Part shown: positions 37,640 to 51,026 of the stretch, piece after piece
Numbering within the stretch: position 1 is the stretch's first letter
How the letters are laid out: every line of letters starts with the position of its first letter
Source of the DNA: Octopus vulgaris
Taxonomy: Eukaryota
Direction: 5' to 3'
NCBI GenBank assembly: GCA_951406725.2
Contig: OX597816.1
Span: 111,414,001 to 111,478,000 of the forward strand
DNA length: 64,000 nucleotides
Program-made: the position numbers and the translations under genes
Notes under the pieces: model-generated
Database searches by the model: none
Seen by the model: only the letters and a program-made list of their open reading frames with translations
Told to the model about the DNA's origin: nothing

Positions 37640-38400
37640 ATCATCAGCATCATCATCATTATTTAACGTCCATTTTCCATGCTGGCATGGGTTGGACAGT
37701 TTGATCAGGGCTTGCAGGCTGGAAGGCTGCACCAGACTCCAGTCTGATTTGGCATGGTTTCTATGGTTGAATACCCTTCCTAACGCCAACCACTCCAAGA
37801 ATGTAATGGGTACTTTTAAGTGCCACCAGCATGGGTGTCATTTATTTGGATCAAGTATCTGCCATGACTGTGATTTTACTTGGCTTGATGTGTCTCTGTC
37901 TCAAGCACGACATAATGCCAAAGGTCTTGGTCATTGACTCTGTGAGGCCCAACACTCAAAAGGAACTTTACATATGCTACTGGCATCAGCCACTTTGCCT
38001 CTATGAGGCCCAATCCTTGCAAGAGTCTTTTTACGTTCCACAGGTATGGGTGCCAGTTATGTGACACCAGCATCAGCCACAACAACAATTTCACTTGACT
38101 TGACAGGTCTTCTCAAGCATAGCATATTGCCAATGGCCTCGGTCACTAGTCATTGCTTCTATGAGGCCCAAAGTTTGAAAATTATGCTTCACCACCTCCT
38201 CCCATGTCTTCCTGGGTCTACCTCTACCAAAGGTTCCCTCCACAGTTAGAGATTGGCACTTCTTTATATAGCTGTTCTCATCCGTATGCATCACATGACC
38301 ATACCAGTGCAGTCATCTCTCTTGCATACCACATCTTATGATTCTTATACCCAACTTTTCTCTCAAGATGCTTACACTCTGTTGAACATGCACACTGTTA
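37640..38400 (-). mobile_element. RTE LINE 3' fragment
   Basis: ORF 38091..38294 KKCQSLTVEGTFGRGRPRKTWEEVV; 3' UTR and (CAT)n tail shared with the 57111 copy. Confidence 0.88.
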
Positions 38401-40515
38401 CATATATATTTATATTAGGCTTCTGTGTAGCATCTATTTACCAAATTCCACTAAAAAAATATTGGTTAACACAAAACTATAGAAAAAGGCTCTTGAGCAA
38501 GTTGTCATTCAGTGGGATGGAACCATATGGTGGTGAAGTGAATTCACAACCATAAAGCTATACTTACACCTCTTTTTTATTTAGGCTATGACTTCAGGTA
38601 AAACAAGTGGTTATGTCTTGTAGTTTGAAGAGCTTCCTTGAATTATATGGAGTCAGTATTGAAAGTGGACTTTATATGAGGTTGTTTAATCTGTACAGCT
38701 GGTAACTGACCAAATTATGTATTTATTATAAAGAACAAAAGGTACCTAAGCTTGTTGATTATCCCCGTTAGAGTAAGCATTCATTAATAATTTTAAAGAT
38801 ATTCTATGTCAAAGGGTTTTTAGCAGAATGCATCAAGTATTTTCTGTTATTTTAGTTCCCCGTTTTTACTTTTATCTTTTAGTCTGATTCATTTAATGAG
38901 CTAAATTGTAGAACTGAGTGACTCCATCTCCTTTAGAGCTTTAGCAAACTTCTTAAAAGTTATGAAAACTCTCTTATTGGTTGTCAGTTTCCATGGGTTG
39001 AATAGCTGTACAATTTTTGGTTTTATATTTATTTATCTTACCACCTACAACATCAAGGACAACAGTTTTATAGTTTAATAATGCGATTCAACTTATCATA
39101 AACCTTTATAAAACAAGAAAAAAATGTAGATGGCTTTATTAAAGGACTTTCTATCTTGCTTAAAATATTTCAACCTATTAATATCAGAGGTAGAGAAGCA
39201 CTCAACTTCTAAGTTTATCTTCCAATTAATCTTTATAAAAACACTATTTTCTTTTTCTTGTGTTTACTTCTTTTTTAACTCTAAAATACTTTTTCAGTAA
39301 GTTATATCTAGTTCTAGTTCATCTAGTTTTTATCCAAGTCTAACTTAGCCATAAATTCCAGAATAAAGCATCTCTTGCATAATTTTATTTCTAAGCATTT
39401 AAAATATTTGCCTTTTTTCTCTTTTCTTTTTAATGCTGGAGGATCAATATGCTTAGTATGAATCATCTGTAAAGTCAGAAATTTTATGAAAGAGATGGAA
39501 TATTATTAGTTTCGCAACTCAGAATTTTCATTTCAACCAATAATATCATGCTTTAATTTATTTTATTCAACTAGTATATATGACTAGTTATACTGAAGAA
39601 AGTCACAAAAGTCCATAATAAAATTCTTCATAAAAGCATTCTGTTTAGACATTCAAAATTTAGTTGTATTTCTTCTGATTTTAATCATTCAGATATTAGA
39701 CTTGAAACAGCAACTGGTACTGCAGCTGTTGTTGTTGTTATTGCTGTGGTTAAGTAGCTGAGGTCACGTTTGTTGAAACAGAGTTATAACATGATAGTAG
39801 ACTAAATAGAAATTTGGTCAAATATATCTGTCTGTTATGGCCTCTACATTGTGAACTTTTCTGTCTGGATATGTGTAATGATTTGCAGTGGCAACAAAAA
39901 GAACTCAATCAATATTAAATAGTGTCTTTGCATATATATTTGATCTTTAATATTTAAATATTTTGATATTGATATTGAGAAAATCAAAAAGCATTGAATG
40001 GCTATTGTATGGAGGTGCTAAAAAGCCAACAATGTTTATGTATTTAACTGCAGCACTACCCCGTGTATGTGAACAGCAATTTAATGTGAGTTTCACTTGA
40101 ATGTTGTTAATGTTCAGTATGAAATATTTTCTGACATGAATGGACGTCTAAGTTTTCGGTGTTCTCCAATAGTGAATAGCAATTAACATACTCTTTGAAA
40201 ACATGTTAAGAATAGACATGTACATCATCATTTTTATTCTTACTGTTATACATGCTTGTGATAATTTATTATTTACTTGGAAGACAACAGGTTGAATCAG
40301 CAAATAATTTGTTGGCTGAATTCTTTAAACAAGAATGGACATTCTTGTTTAATTCAGTTATCTGGAGGTAGCTTTGACTGATGTAGCAGAATTAGATCAA
40401 AACACTGGTGTTTCAAAGTTTCCCTCATTATTAAATCCAGTAGGATGTCTGCATACATTGTCTGGAAAGAAAAGATATTTTCCAAAAGTAAACTATATGC
40501 ACTCACATGTGTCAA

Positions 40516-40547
<32 letters not shown>

Positions 40548-40619
40548 CAAACACGCACGCACACACACATATCTAGCTATCTATCTATGTGTGTGTGTGT
40601 GTGTGTTTGTGTGTGTAAC

Positions 40620-43600
40620 ACAGCATCCCACAACAATAAGGAGCTACTGTCCCAACATCCGCAATCATTTTTAGACCCAATATGCAAACACAGAGATACA
40701 AGATAGCACCAAAACTCAGGAGGAACCTAAAGTGATAAAAATTATTAATCTAACTCACAAAGAACTAACAGCAAACCAAATCAATATACTCTCCAAAAGA
40801 CTCAAATTTACACCCACCCCAAAATGTCCCAACTACAACGAAATGAAAGAAGACATCGTGGAATTCTGTAGAAAATTACAACTCACTGAGGAGTTATATG
40901 ACAAATACATTGAGGATGAATCATTGGTCTGAAATAGAAGTAACTACACCCTCTCGAAAGGTAAGAACAAAACCCTTGATCATTTCTGTGAACACATCTC
41001 AAATTACCCATTACAACATATGCACAAACAAAAACACAAACCAAACTTCAGCAAAAAAATTGTGCTGAGCTAAACAAATTAAAAATAACAAAATAATAAC
41101 AATCAAAGAGGCTGATAAAAGGAATGCAGTTGTCTTAATGGACATGGCATACTATATAACTCTAGTACTATCCATATTGGAAGACACAACATATTATGGA
41201 AAAGCCCAACACTACAGTCAGCAGAAAATAATGAGATACCTAAAATCCATATTAAACCTATACAGAGAAGGGCTCACAGACAAAGAATATGACTATATGA
41301 CCAATTTCAAAAGTAAAACCAGTCAATTATACGGTATTCCCAAGATACACAAAAGTGAAAAAATAAGTAAAGCATGCAGGATAGCCACAGACATAATAAT
41401 CAGGTCTCAGATTGAGACCTATAATAACAGGTCCCACATGCGAAACTCACTGCCTCAGTAACATTTTAGATACCCTCTTAAAACTATTCCTCAAGCATGT
41501 CAAAAGCTACATGAGGGACGACCTGGATATGTTCAATCCCCTTCCTGAAACAAGAAACAAAAACACCCTACTAGTATCAATCTCTATTCCAATATCTTTC
41601 ACAACCTAGGAATAGAGGCAATTCAATTCTGGCTAGAAACTTACACCGAGCTCACACATCACATCAAAAATGAATTTGTGATAGAAGGGCTAAAATTTAT
41701 CTTGGACAATAACTACTTCAAAGACAACTTCTGCGATGGTACAAGAATGGCCTCCTCCTTTGCTATCCTAGTCATGGGATATCTAGAACTTAGTCTTTAT
41801 TGTAAGGTTCTAGAAAAATACGGCAGCCCATTCTCCCTCCACATAGAAAATAACTGGAATAGATACCTGGATGACTGTTTCATTCTTTGGCAGGAAATTA
41901 TAGAGAGACTTAAAGAATTCCAAGTACTTATAAATGGACTTGACATAAACATTCAATTCATGATAGAATATAGCCATCAAAAACTTCCCTTCCTCAACAA
42001 CCTCATTAAGAAATCTAACAACATAATAGAAGCAGATATATACTATAAACCCACGAACTCCAAGCAATATCTACCATTCAACACATGCCAGCCCAGACAC
42101 ACCAGAATGAATATCCCCCTTCAACCTAGCAAAAAGGATATGTACTATAGTTTCTAATGCAATCACCAGGGACACACACAACTACATTAACTAAAGAATA
42201 CACTCATCACCAGGAACTACCCACCTTCACTAATTGACATATGCTTTCAACATGCCCTATTACTCAGCATCCACGAACTCAGACATCCCAAATTAAAGAA
42301 GGATTTACAATCAAAAGCCCTACCTTACATCTCCACACACAATGCTCTTAACAATGAAGCCTTCAAAACCATCCTTCAAAATATTTCCCTGCTAAAAAAG
42401 GACTACAGAATTAACTTAATCCTCCAAATACACACCATCATAAAAAGCAAGAGTCAGCCCAAATCTATGAAAAGTCTCCTAACACAAGCCCGAATACGCT
42501 CAACAACAACACTGAAGTCATCGGTAAATAAATGCGGAAGACCTAACTGTGGGACATGTGTCAATTTGATTGAGAGATCAGAGTTCTCCTTCAAACAGGG
42601 ACAACGTTTCACATTGAAAAGAAGCTTCAAATGTGCTTCGGAGAACCTGATATACGCACTAACCTGCTCTGGGTGACAAGAGCAATATATAGGCCAAACA
42701 AACACAGTCTACATCAAAGGATGGCTCGGCACAGATCCCAGATCAAAATTCCCCAAAACAGAAAAGAGCATTCAGCCAACACACTGACATTTGCGCCAAT
42801 AACAAAAATCCAAGCTTCAGAAATTTTCCCCTCTACCAATTCAGGAACGATACAACCTGCAGCCAACAAATTAATAAAGAGACTCTCTTTATTACAAAAT
42901 ACAAACCACTTTTGAACACATCTACGACAAACGACATATCCACCACGGCCTTAGAATAACACACACAAATATTAAAAATGATACATTAAAGAGACACCCA
43001 AGAATTCATTAAAAACAGTCCCAATCACTACTATAATCCACAACGAGTCACTTTTAAGTCACTTGACCAATTAACATCCTACTACTATCATAACATCCTG
43101 CATTCCCTTATTCTCTCTTCTGCATTCCCTTATTATTCTCTTTCTCTTTCTTCTTCTTCTCCAACACCTCCTTCCTTACTTTACTACAACTGCTATTTAG
43201 AATTACACCTATACAAATATTATAAACAATACATTCAAAAGAGATGTTTCAAGAATTCAATCACTACTACCATCCACAACAAGTCACTTTCAGAGAACTT
43301 GACTATTTAACATCCTGCTACGATCATAGCACTCCCGCATTATTCTTCTCCTTCTTCTTCTTCTTCATCTTCTCCTCTGCCAAGAATTCAGAATGACCTC
43401 GAACCCACAAGAGTAAACAAGAGAGACAGAGACACGCAGAATCAAGGAAAGTGCACTTTGTATTTGAATACTATGCAAATATTCTTTTAAAAAACTTTTC
43501 ATTTAATTTTTCCAAAATTTAATTGTTTTCCATGCTTACAGTTGAAGAAGTTTCACTGACTGAAATGTTTTTTATAAAATTATTTTAGCATTTTCTGCCT
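40620..43600 (+). mobile_element. Penelope-like element (Neptune-like), decayed RT + GIY-YIG endonuclease
   Basis: Fragmented ORFs 40732-42915: LSKRLKFTPTP, LYGIPKIHK, RPIITG, GTRMA, RYLDDCF, LPFL, YYKPT, CGRPNCGTC linker, LIYALTC..YIGQT..RMARH. Confidence 0.9.
42960..43385 (+). repeat. Tandem duplication (~240-bp period) downstream of the PLE ORF
   Basis: caatcactact..atccacaac.agtcacttt..acttgac.a.ttaacatcct.cta occurs at ~43022 and ~43258. Confidence 0.8.
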
Positions 43601-45127
43601 TGACTTTTTTTCCATCACTTGTTCAACCTTACACTTGTCTCTGCAATTACTCATTACATTCTGTTATAACCGTTTCTCTGCTGTTAATAACTCTCTTTAT
43701 CACCTCAAGCACCAACTCTTTCATTTCCCACTTTTGCATCTAATCAGTTTTCTACCTCATCCATCCTCTACCATCACTCTCAGCCCTACTCATTTTATTG
43801 GTTATGCTACCTAATAAGAAGACAATTAACACAATGATGAGAACTCCCTTTCATCTTTCCAGATAAAACACCCTGAATACATACTGTAACGTGATTAGTA
43901 AATGGAAAGAGAAGAAGCAAAATTGAGATGTGCATTTAGTTTGGTCTTGACAAGTTTTCTGGTGTTGGTTCCATGATAAACTGCATTCAATCCATTCTGT
44001 AATACAGCTGGTGTTAGAAAAGATATTTAGGAATAGAAACTATGCTAATATAAAATGTATCAGTGAGATATGGTCTCAAGTCTTGGAGCAATACTAACCA
44101 CAGCACCATGGAATGTGGTTGTAAAATTTTGATGGTAATGATGATGATGATGATGATGAGGAGGAGGAGGAGGTGGAGGTGGAGGAGGATATTCAAACAT
44201 ATCTATAATTTATATATACAATCATATGCACATACACACACACACACATAACACCCAGGTCGTAATGCCAGTACAGGATATTAACAATAATACAGGGAGT
44301 GTATATTATATGTAATTAAGTAGTGGGAATAAAAATCGTCTCGACCATTAAATTTGTAGCAACTCCATAAATATCAGGCTAACAGGGTACTCCAAATCAA
44401 TGCATAACAATTCTCAATCAATCAAGGGATTAATATAGCAGTCTTTGCAAAGTTAAACATTATATAATGACCCCAGGTATCCTATAAATCCATTTATGAA
44501 TCAAAGTGTTAATTGCAACATATTACAGTGCATCATGTAGCAAAGAAACAAGAATGGACTGCTCAAAACAATACTACACCCATTTCAATAGCGTGGTCAT
44601 ATATTCAACAATTGTACACTATTACATAACTTTTCATTATTAATTAACCATACCATTTCGTCAGATAATATCTGCCTTTTTGTTAGTGAAATTAGATGAA
44701 GGTATGAGAGTAATCAAATTCATAAATATATGTATATAGAAGGCAAAATTCATTTTAGAAACATTTTAAAGGAAAGGTGGATAATTCCATTCTTGAAAGT
44801 TAGGTTAAGTTATTGTAATCTATAAAATTAAGAATATTTTAATGTTGGGTGTATAATGTGCTAAAACTGGGTAGTAAATGTTGTCTAGAGCATAACCATA
44901 AACTGTAATTATTAGAGTTAGTCAAATGGAGCAGGGAGGCTAAATGTGTTAAACTGAGTGATTAATCCAGTGAGGAGAAGACACTGCTAATTCAATAACA
45001 GAGACATATTGAGATGCATACATATTGTAAAACATTTGACTCTCATTTAAGAAGGTCAGCTCAGTTCTTCAATCTAATAAGGTGGTGTGTTCTTTCAGTT
45101 ATACAGATCCTATGTATTTTTGACACT

Positions 45128-45295
45128 ATGAGGGTGGGCTGAAAGGTTCCTGGTTTTGAGTAAAAGAAAATACAGGAGGATCAGTTAATTATGATTTTAT
45201 TCCCCTCTCAGCTTCACACATTTATTGCAGTGGCCCTTTAGTCTTTTTATAGCCCTGTAAAAGAACTCTGATAGTTGGGCCTCCAGCCCTTAAAG
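45128..45295 (-). mobile_element. Mariner terminal fragment
   Basis: TA + tgagggtgggctgaaaggttcctgg TIR-like end followed by a transposase C-terminal remnant. Confidence 0.55.
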
Positions 45296-45306
45296 CTTGA
45301 GCCTTT

Positions 45307-45376
<70 letters not shown>

Positions 45377-45429
45377 AAAGACTAAAGGGCTATAAAAAGA
45401 CTATATATATATATATATATATATATAAC

Positions 45430-46001
45430 CTGTGGCCTATGCCAGTGGTGTAACTAGCCCACTTATGGACACTGAACACTGCTTGCAAAGACCTGTTGAG
45501 GCAAGTGAAATCGAAATCAAATTCGGTGACAGCACAGCATAACTGGCATCCATGCTAGAGGAGCATTAGGAGCACCATCCAAGAGTGATCATTGCCAGAG
45601 CCACTGACTGGCCCCCGTGTTGGTGGCACATAAAAAGCACCATTTGAGCATGATCCTTACCAGCGTTGCCTTACTGGCACTTGTGCCAATGGTACATGAA
45701 AAACAACATTCGAGCAAGGTTGTTGCCAGTGCCACTGGACTGGCTCCTGTGCAGGTGACATGTAAAAAACACCATTTGAGTGTCATCATTGCCAGTTCCG
45801 CCTGACTGGCCTTCATGCCGGTGGCACATAAAAGCACCTACTACACTCTCGGAATGGTTGGCCTTAGGAAGGGCATCCAGCTGTAGAAACTCTGCCAGGT
45901 CAGATTGGAGCCTGGTGCAGCCATCTGGCTTACCAGTCCCCAGTCAAACCATCCAACCCATGCCGGCATGGAAAGCAGACGTTAAACGATAATGATGATG
46001 A
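45430..46001 (+). mobile_element. RTE LINE 3' UTR fragment with internal repeats
   Basis: tggttggccttaggaagggcatccagctgtagaaac...gacgttaaacgat(GAT)n is the reverse complement of 57111-57290. Confidence 0.85.
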
Positions 46002-46175
46002 TATATATATATATATATATAAGCACAATTAAAGGTTACAAACCTCACTCAGGTATAGAAAATCCTATGAAAATACTGATTAATTACCTATACAAAAAAT
46101 ACTGAACATTATATTTAATACTTAACTGCAAGGTAACTATATAAACTGTGGTTTATATATATATTTATTTATTAT

Positions 46176-46544
46176 AATAATAAGATGAGAAAATAGAGAG
46201 GTAATTAATGAATTATCATCTATTAATTAAAAAATTGACAAATATCCCTTACAGCTATTTCAATTCAGACCCTCAGTAAAAGAATTAATCAAATTAAAAA
46301 TTATTTGAAAGTCGTGTCTCTTCAGAGGTAGATAAAGATATACAAAATAAACGTTCAATTTCCTCATGTTGAGTAAACAGCTGCAAACCATTAATCTTTG
46401 AAGAGATTCGACTTTCAAATAATTTTTAATTTAATTAATTTTCTGAGGGTCTGAATTGAAACAGCTGTAAGGGATGTTTGTCAATTTTTTTAATTAATAA
46501 ATAATAATTTATTAATTACCTCTCTATTTTCTCCTCTTATTATA
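46176..46544. mobile_element. Fold-back insertion with hammerhead-like motif (family H2)
   Basis: Inverted arms ~46176-46326 and ~46396-46544; CTGAAGA on minus (46325-46319); GAAACAGCTGTA on plus (46458-46469). Confidence 0.75.
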
Positions 46545-46594
46545 TATATATATATATATGTGTGTGTGTATGTGTGTTTGTATATATATATATA

Positions 46595-46658
<64 letters not shown>

Positions 46659-47334
46659 ATACATATGCACATGCACATATATATGTATGTATGTATGTAT
46701 ATATATAGATATATAGATATACATATAAGATTTTATAGTTTGCTTGAAGCATTGTATATGGAATATAACGTTGAATAATAAATTTCTGAGTAATACTTTT
46801 TTAAAAATGAAATTGTTTTTGCTAAAGCAAAGAAACAAACATTAATCTGTATGTATGTATGTATGTATGTATGTATGTATGTATGTATGTATGTATGTAT
46901 GTATGTATTAGTTACAGTATTCATTAGAATCAAGGTGCATCAAGACATAGAATGCCAGGACTGGCTAGGTATCATAACACTGATTTCACCAACCATGTGG
47001 TGTTATGTGTTGGTATTGTATTGCAGCTATGTATACACACAGGTATCAAATCCAATACTAACCACAGATCCAACTCAGAATTGATTCCAGGTGTGTCATA
47101 GGTATAAAAACAGGATCTAAAAACACATGCTGAATATTTATCCATCATTGACATTTGGTAGGTGGGTCATCATCTAAGTATTACCTTGTCTGCTTGTACC
47201 TGTTGAAAATTTTGCTTGAAGACGGTAGATTTATGCTATGATGTAATCTGTGACTACATCAATAAAATTCTATCGAAACAGCTGTAGTAAATTTTAAACT
47301 CTATTTGTGTTCTTCTTCAGATATATATATTATA

Positions 47335-47748
47335 GGCACAGGAGTGGCTGTGTGGTAAGTAGCTTGCTTACCAACCACATGGTTCCGGGTTTAGTCCCAC
47401 TGCATGGTACATTGGATAAGTGTCTTCTACTATAGCCTCGGGCTGATCAAAGCCTTGTGAGTGGATTTGGTAGACAGAAACTGAAAGAAGCCCGTTGTGT
47501 ATATGTATATATATATATGTATGTGTGTATGTGTGTTTGTGTGTGTGTCTGTGTCTGTGTTTGTCCCCCCAACATTGCTTGACAACCAATGCTGGTGTGT
47601 TTATGTCCCCGTAACTCAGCGGTTTGGCATAAGAGACCGATAGAATATGTACTAGGCTTACAAAGAATAAGTCCTGGGGTTGATTTGCTCGACTAAAGGC
47701 AGTGCTCCAGCATGGCCACAGTCAAATGACTGAAACAAGTAAAAGAGT
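47335..47748 (+). mobile_element. SINE family B, full length
   Basis: Head ggcacaggagtggctgtgtggtaag, CORE-like segment, central (TG)n, tail cagcatggccacagtcaaatgactgaaacaagtaaaagag. Confidence 0.9.
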
Positions 47749-48260
47749 ATATATATTCATACACGGTTGAGTGCATCTTCATGTTTGTGATGTCTCATTG
47801 CTTGACAACCTATATTGATTTATGCCCCCATGACTTAACAGTTCAGCAGAAACAAATAGAAATTAATAGATTAGTTACCAGAGTTTACAACATGACTACA
47901 ATGGTCTGGCAATGAGAAGTCACAAAAGATTGAAGAAATATGAGGGTCTCATTTGTAAATTGCTGCTGTGTAAATAGCATATAACACAAGACTGATTCTT
48001 TGAAATGTATAGCCAGTGTATCTTTGTATTGATATGGTTAGCAAGTGTATCATATCTTGTTGAAAACAAGGTTCTCTTGTCCATATGGACATATTTTGTA
48101 CATGTCTAGTCTTCATGTACAAAGTTCATAGGTGGAGATTATTAAAGTTGAATAAATGATAGTACAGAATGAATAAGAATGTATAAGGATCAAAGTAACT
48201 GCAAGTAAGACTTTTAATGCATAATAGGAAGAATGCTACCAATCCTTGAAGTACATATAT

Positions 48261-48713
48261 CCCTTTAGCACTCAAACCAGCCATATCCAGCTGGAAGATT
48301 CTACCTGTTTTATGTGCAAAGCAGCCAGATTAGAACTTTCGTAATTACCCTACAATGTCATTCTAAATGTAAACAATCATGTCATTTAAATCTTAAAACT
48401 ACATGATAGTATATGATCTTAAATCTTAAAACTTAAAACATGATCTTAAATCTTAAAACTACATGATAGTACTTAAATCTTAAAACATAAAACTTAAAAT
48501 CTTAAAACTTAAAACTTAAAACTTAAACTTAAAACTTAAAACATGATCTTAAATCTTAAAACTACATGATAGTACATGATCTTAAATCTTAAAACTTAAA
48601 ACTTAAAATATGATCTTAAATCTTAAAACTACATGATAATACATGATTAATTCAAAATAATTTGAATAAATAAGCATTACACTTGACAATTAATTTGAAT
48701 GCTAAAGGATTAA
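48261..48713. mobile_element. piggyBac-like MITE with internal repeat expansion
   Basis: TIRs ccctttagcactcaaa / tttgaatgctaaagga, followed by TTAA (48710-48713). Confidence 0.7.
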
Positions 48714-48717
48714 CAAG

Positions 48718-49050
48718 ACATGTAGCTTAGTGGTTAGGGTCTTTGGCTCATGGTCATAAGGTTGTGTGTTTGATTCCTGGCAGCACATTGCATCTTTCAG
48801 CAAGACACTTTATTTCAAAGACATTTTTTTTCAGATTTTACCAAGTCACTCAGCTGGCAAAGTTCTGTGTCACACTGAATCTCCCTGCAAACTATACTAA
48901 GAGTACACAAATCTGTAGAATGCTTAGCACGTTAATTTCAAAAGCAAGCTGTTATGTTGATCAATTCAAGTAGAACACTCTTTATCAAAACCAATGGATA
49001 ACCAAGCCACATTTGTGAGTAAAGATCTGAAAGATGCTCTTCAAGCCAAA
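48718..49050 (+). mobile_element. SINE family C-like, degenerate
   Basis: tagcttagtggttaggg..tttgattcc head and agcaagacactttatttc. Confidence 0.6.
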
Positions 49051-49275
49051 TTGTGATATGAATGGCCTGAAAGACAATGCTTAAACTAAAATATGAGATG
49101 GATTGAACAGCCGAGATAGATGAGATGAGAAACCACATTTGCAATTGTTTTTGTTTTGTTTTTTTCTTCTAGTATGTTTTAAGCAGAATGGTTATTAATC
49201 ATCATCAACATAATCTTAGCGATCTTCATCACCATCACCACCACCAGTATCATCATCATCATCATCCTCATCCTT

Positions 49276-49309
<34 letters not shown>

Positions 49310-49919
49310 GAGAGAGTCTGCATGTGGCACAGCAGATATTGTCTTCTTTGCATTGTTTGATAAGAATGCTTTTTTTATCATTTTTTTTTTTTCTTTTAGT
49401 CCTGATGTGCATGTAGTTTATCAGCTATTGCAGATACAGCAGGAGATTTTTGTATGGCCAATATTTTAGTTCTAATGATGCTAATCATGTTTTATATTCC
49501 TGCATTATTAGATTTTCGCATCTAGAATAGCCTTCAAGGTTTCCTCATTCTCGTGTTTGTTGTGTATTGTCTTTAATGTTACCAGCAGTTTTTTAAAAAA
49601 AATTTTTTTATTGGGTAAGCTTTGCGGCATTTTTATATTAAATCTTATAAAATGTTTTGAAATGATTCTATAATTATTTTATTGCAAAAAACATTTTATT
49701 GTCATGTTTAAATTATTTCAGTGGTTCTCAGTCTGAAAATTTGGATTCAGTATTATGTTTTATAACATTAGTGCCTTTGAGCATTCTGGTAACTTTGTGT
49801 TTATGACGTTGATGCATTGAGAAGATTGATAAGGTCTAGGTTAACTGGGGAGAGGAGGAAAAAAAAACAACACGTTTTATGTAAGGGAAAAGAAGATGAC
49901 ATTGATGGAGCATGTCAAT

Positions 49920-50345
49920 ACTAATGATGATGATAATGATGATGATGATGAGGAGGAGGATGATGAAAAGGACGACAGAGACAATAGATGGTGACAGCTG
50001 TGGCTGTAGTGGTGTTAGTGATGGTGGAGGTAGTGGTGATGTTGATGACAACAGTGATGACATCAGTGATGATGACTATGGCAGTGGTGGTGGTGGTGGT
50101 GGTGATGAAGAGTGAAGATGATGGCGGTCATGATGAAGGGGAAGAAAAGGAATAAAAAGAGGAGGAGGGGAGGAGGAAGAGGATGACGACGACGATGGGA
50201 GTATGACAATGATGATGAGGAGGATGACAATGCCGATGAGAAAGATGACAACGTTGATGTGGAGGATGACAATGAGGACAACAAGGAGGATGACGAGAAG
50301 GGCAAGGAGGATGAGGAGGAGGCCAGCAAGGAGAAGAGGATGAGT
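49920..50345. repeat. (GAT/GAG/GGT)n trinucleotide low-complexity tract
   Basis: Directly visible; a (CAT)n tract also lies at 49198-49310. Confidence 0.9.
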
Positions 50346-51026
50346 AGATTAATAGCAATGATATATATCCCGATATCTTCACTTCATCCATCAGATCAAA
50401 CACTTATTTCACTTCATTACACTTTGAAACACTATTTAATTTGTTCCTATATGTTGTCACAAAATAATTACAACAACAACAGCAACATATAACAAAAGCA
50501 CAATGGTTTTTTAAACTACTCTTATTTGAATTCTAATAAGTACCAAAATGTCCTATCCTCTTAGCAACCTACCAGGCACATCTGATACCAAATTAACTTA
50601 AAGATATTTTATACAACACATTAAGATTTTCTCATCTTATCTATTACCTAATAAAATAATCCATTAAACTTAAAAAACTAGAAATTTTAGTCAACAGCTT
50701 TAATTCTTCCAAGAACATTGTGCCAAATAAAATTTAGATCTTTTAGAATTATAATTGTCTATCTGCCATACCATCAATCTTTCATTTTATTCCTTACTGC
50801 TTTTAGTCATTGGACAGATGGCCATGGAAGGATACTGCAAAATCTCTCTCTCTCTCTCTCTCTCCTTCCTCATTTCCTCCATGTCATCTAGTGTGTGCGG
50901 AGGGGTATGCATGTATGTGTATGGATTTATGTATATGAGTAGTAGTAGTAGTATTAGTAGTAGAGACAGCAGCATATCTGACATCTAGCTTTATATCAAG
51001 TAATTAGAAGCTCGATGTCAAATGTA

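Noticed and set aside
49836-50492. Asp/Glu-, Ser- or His-rich ORFs
   Set aside because: Trinucleotide low-complexity tract with stops and no splice context.
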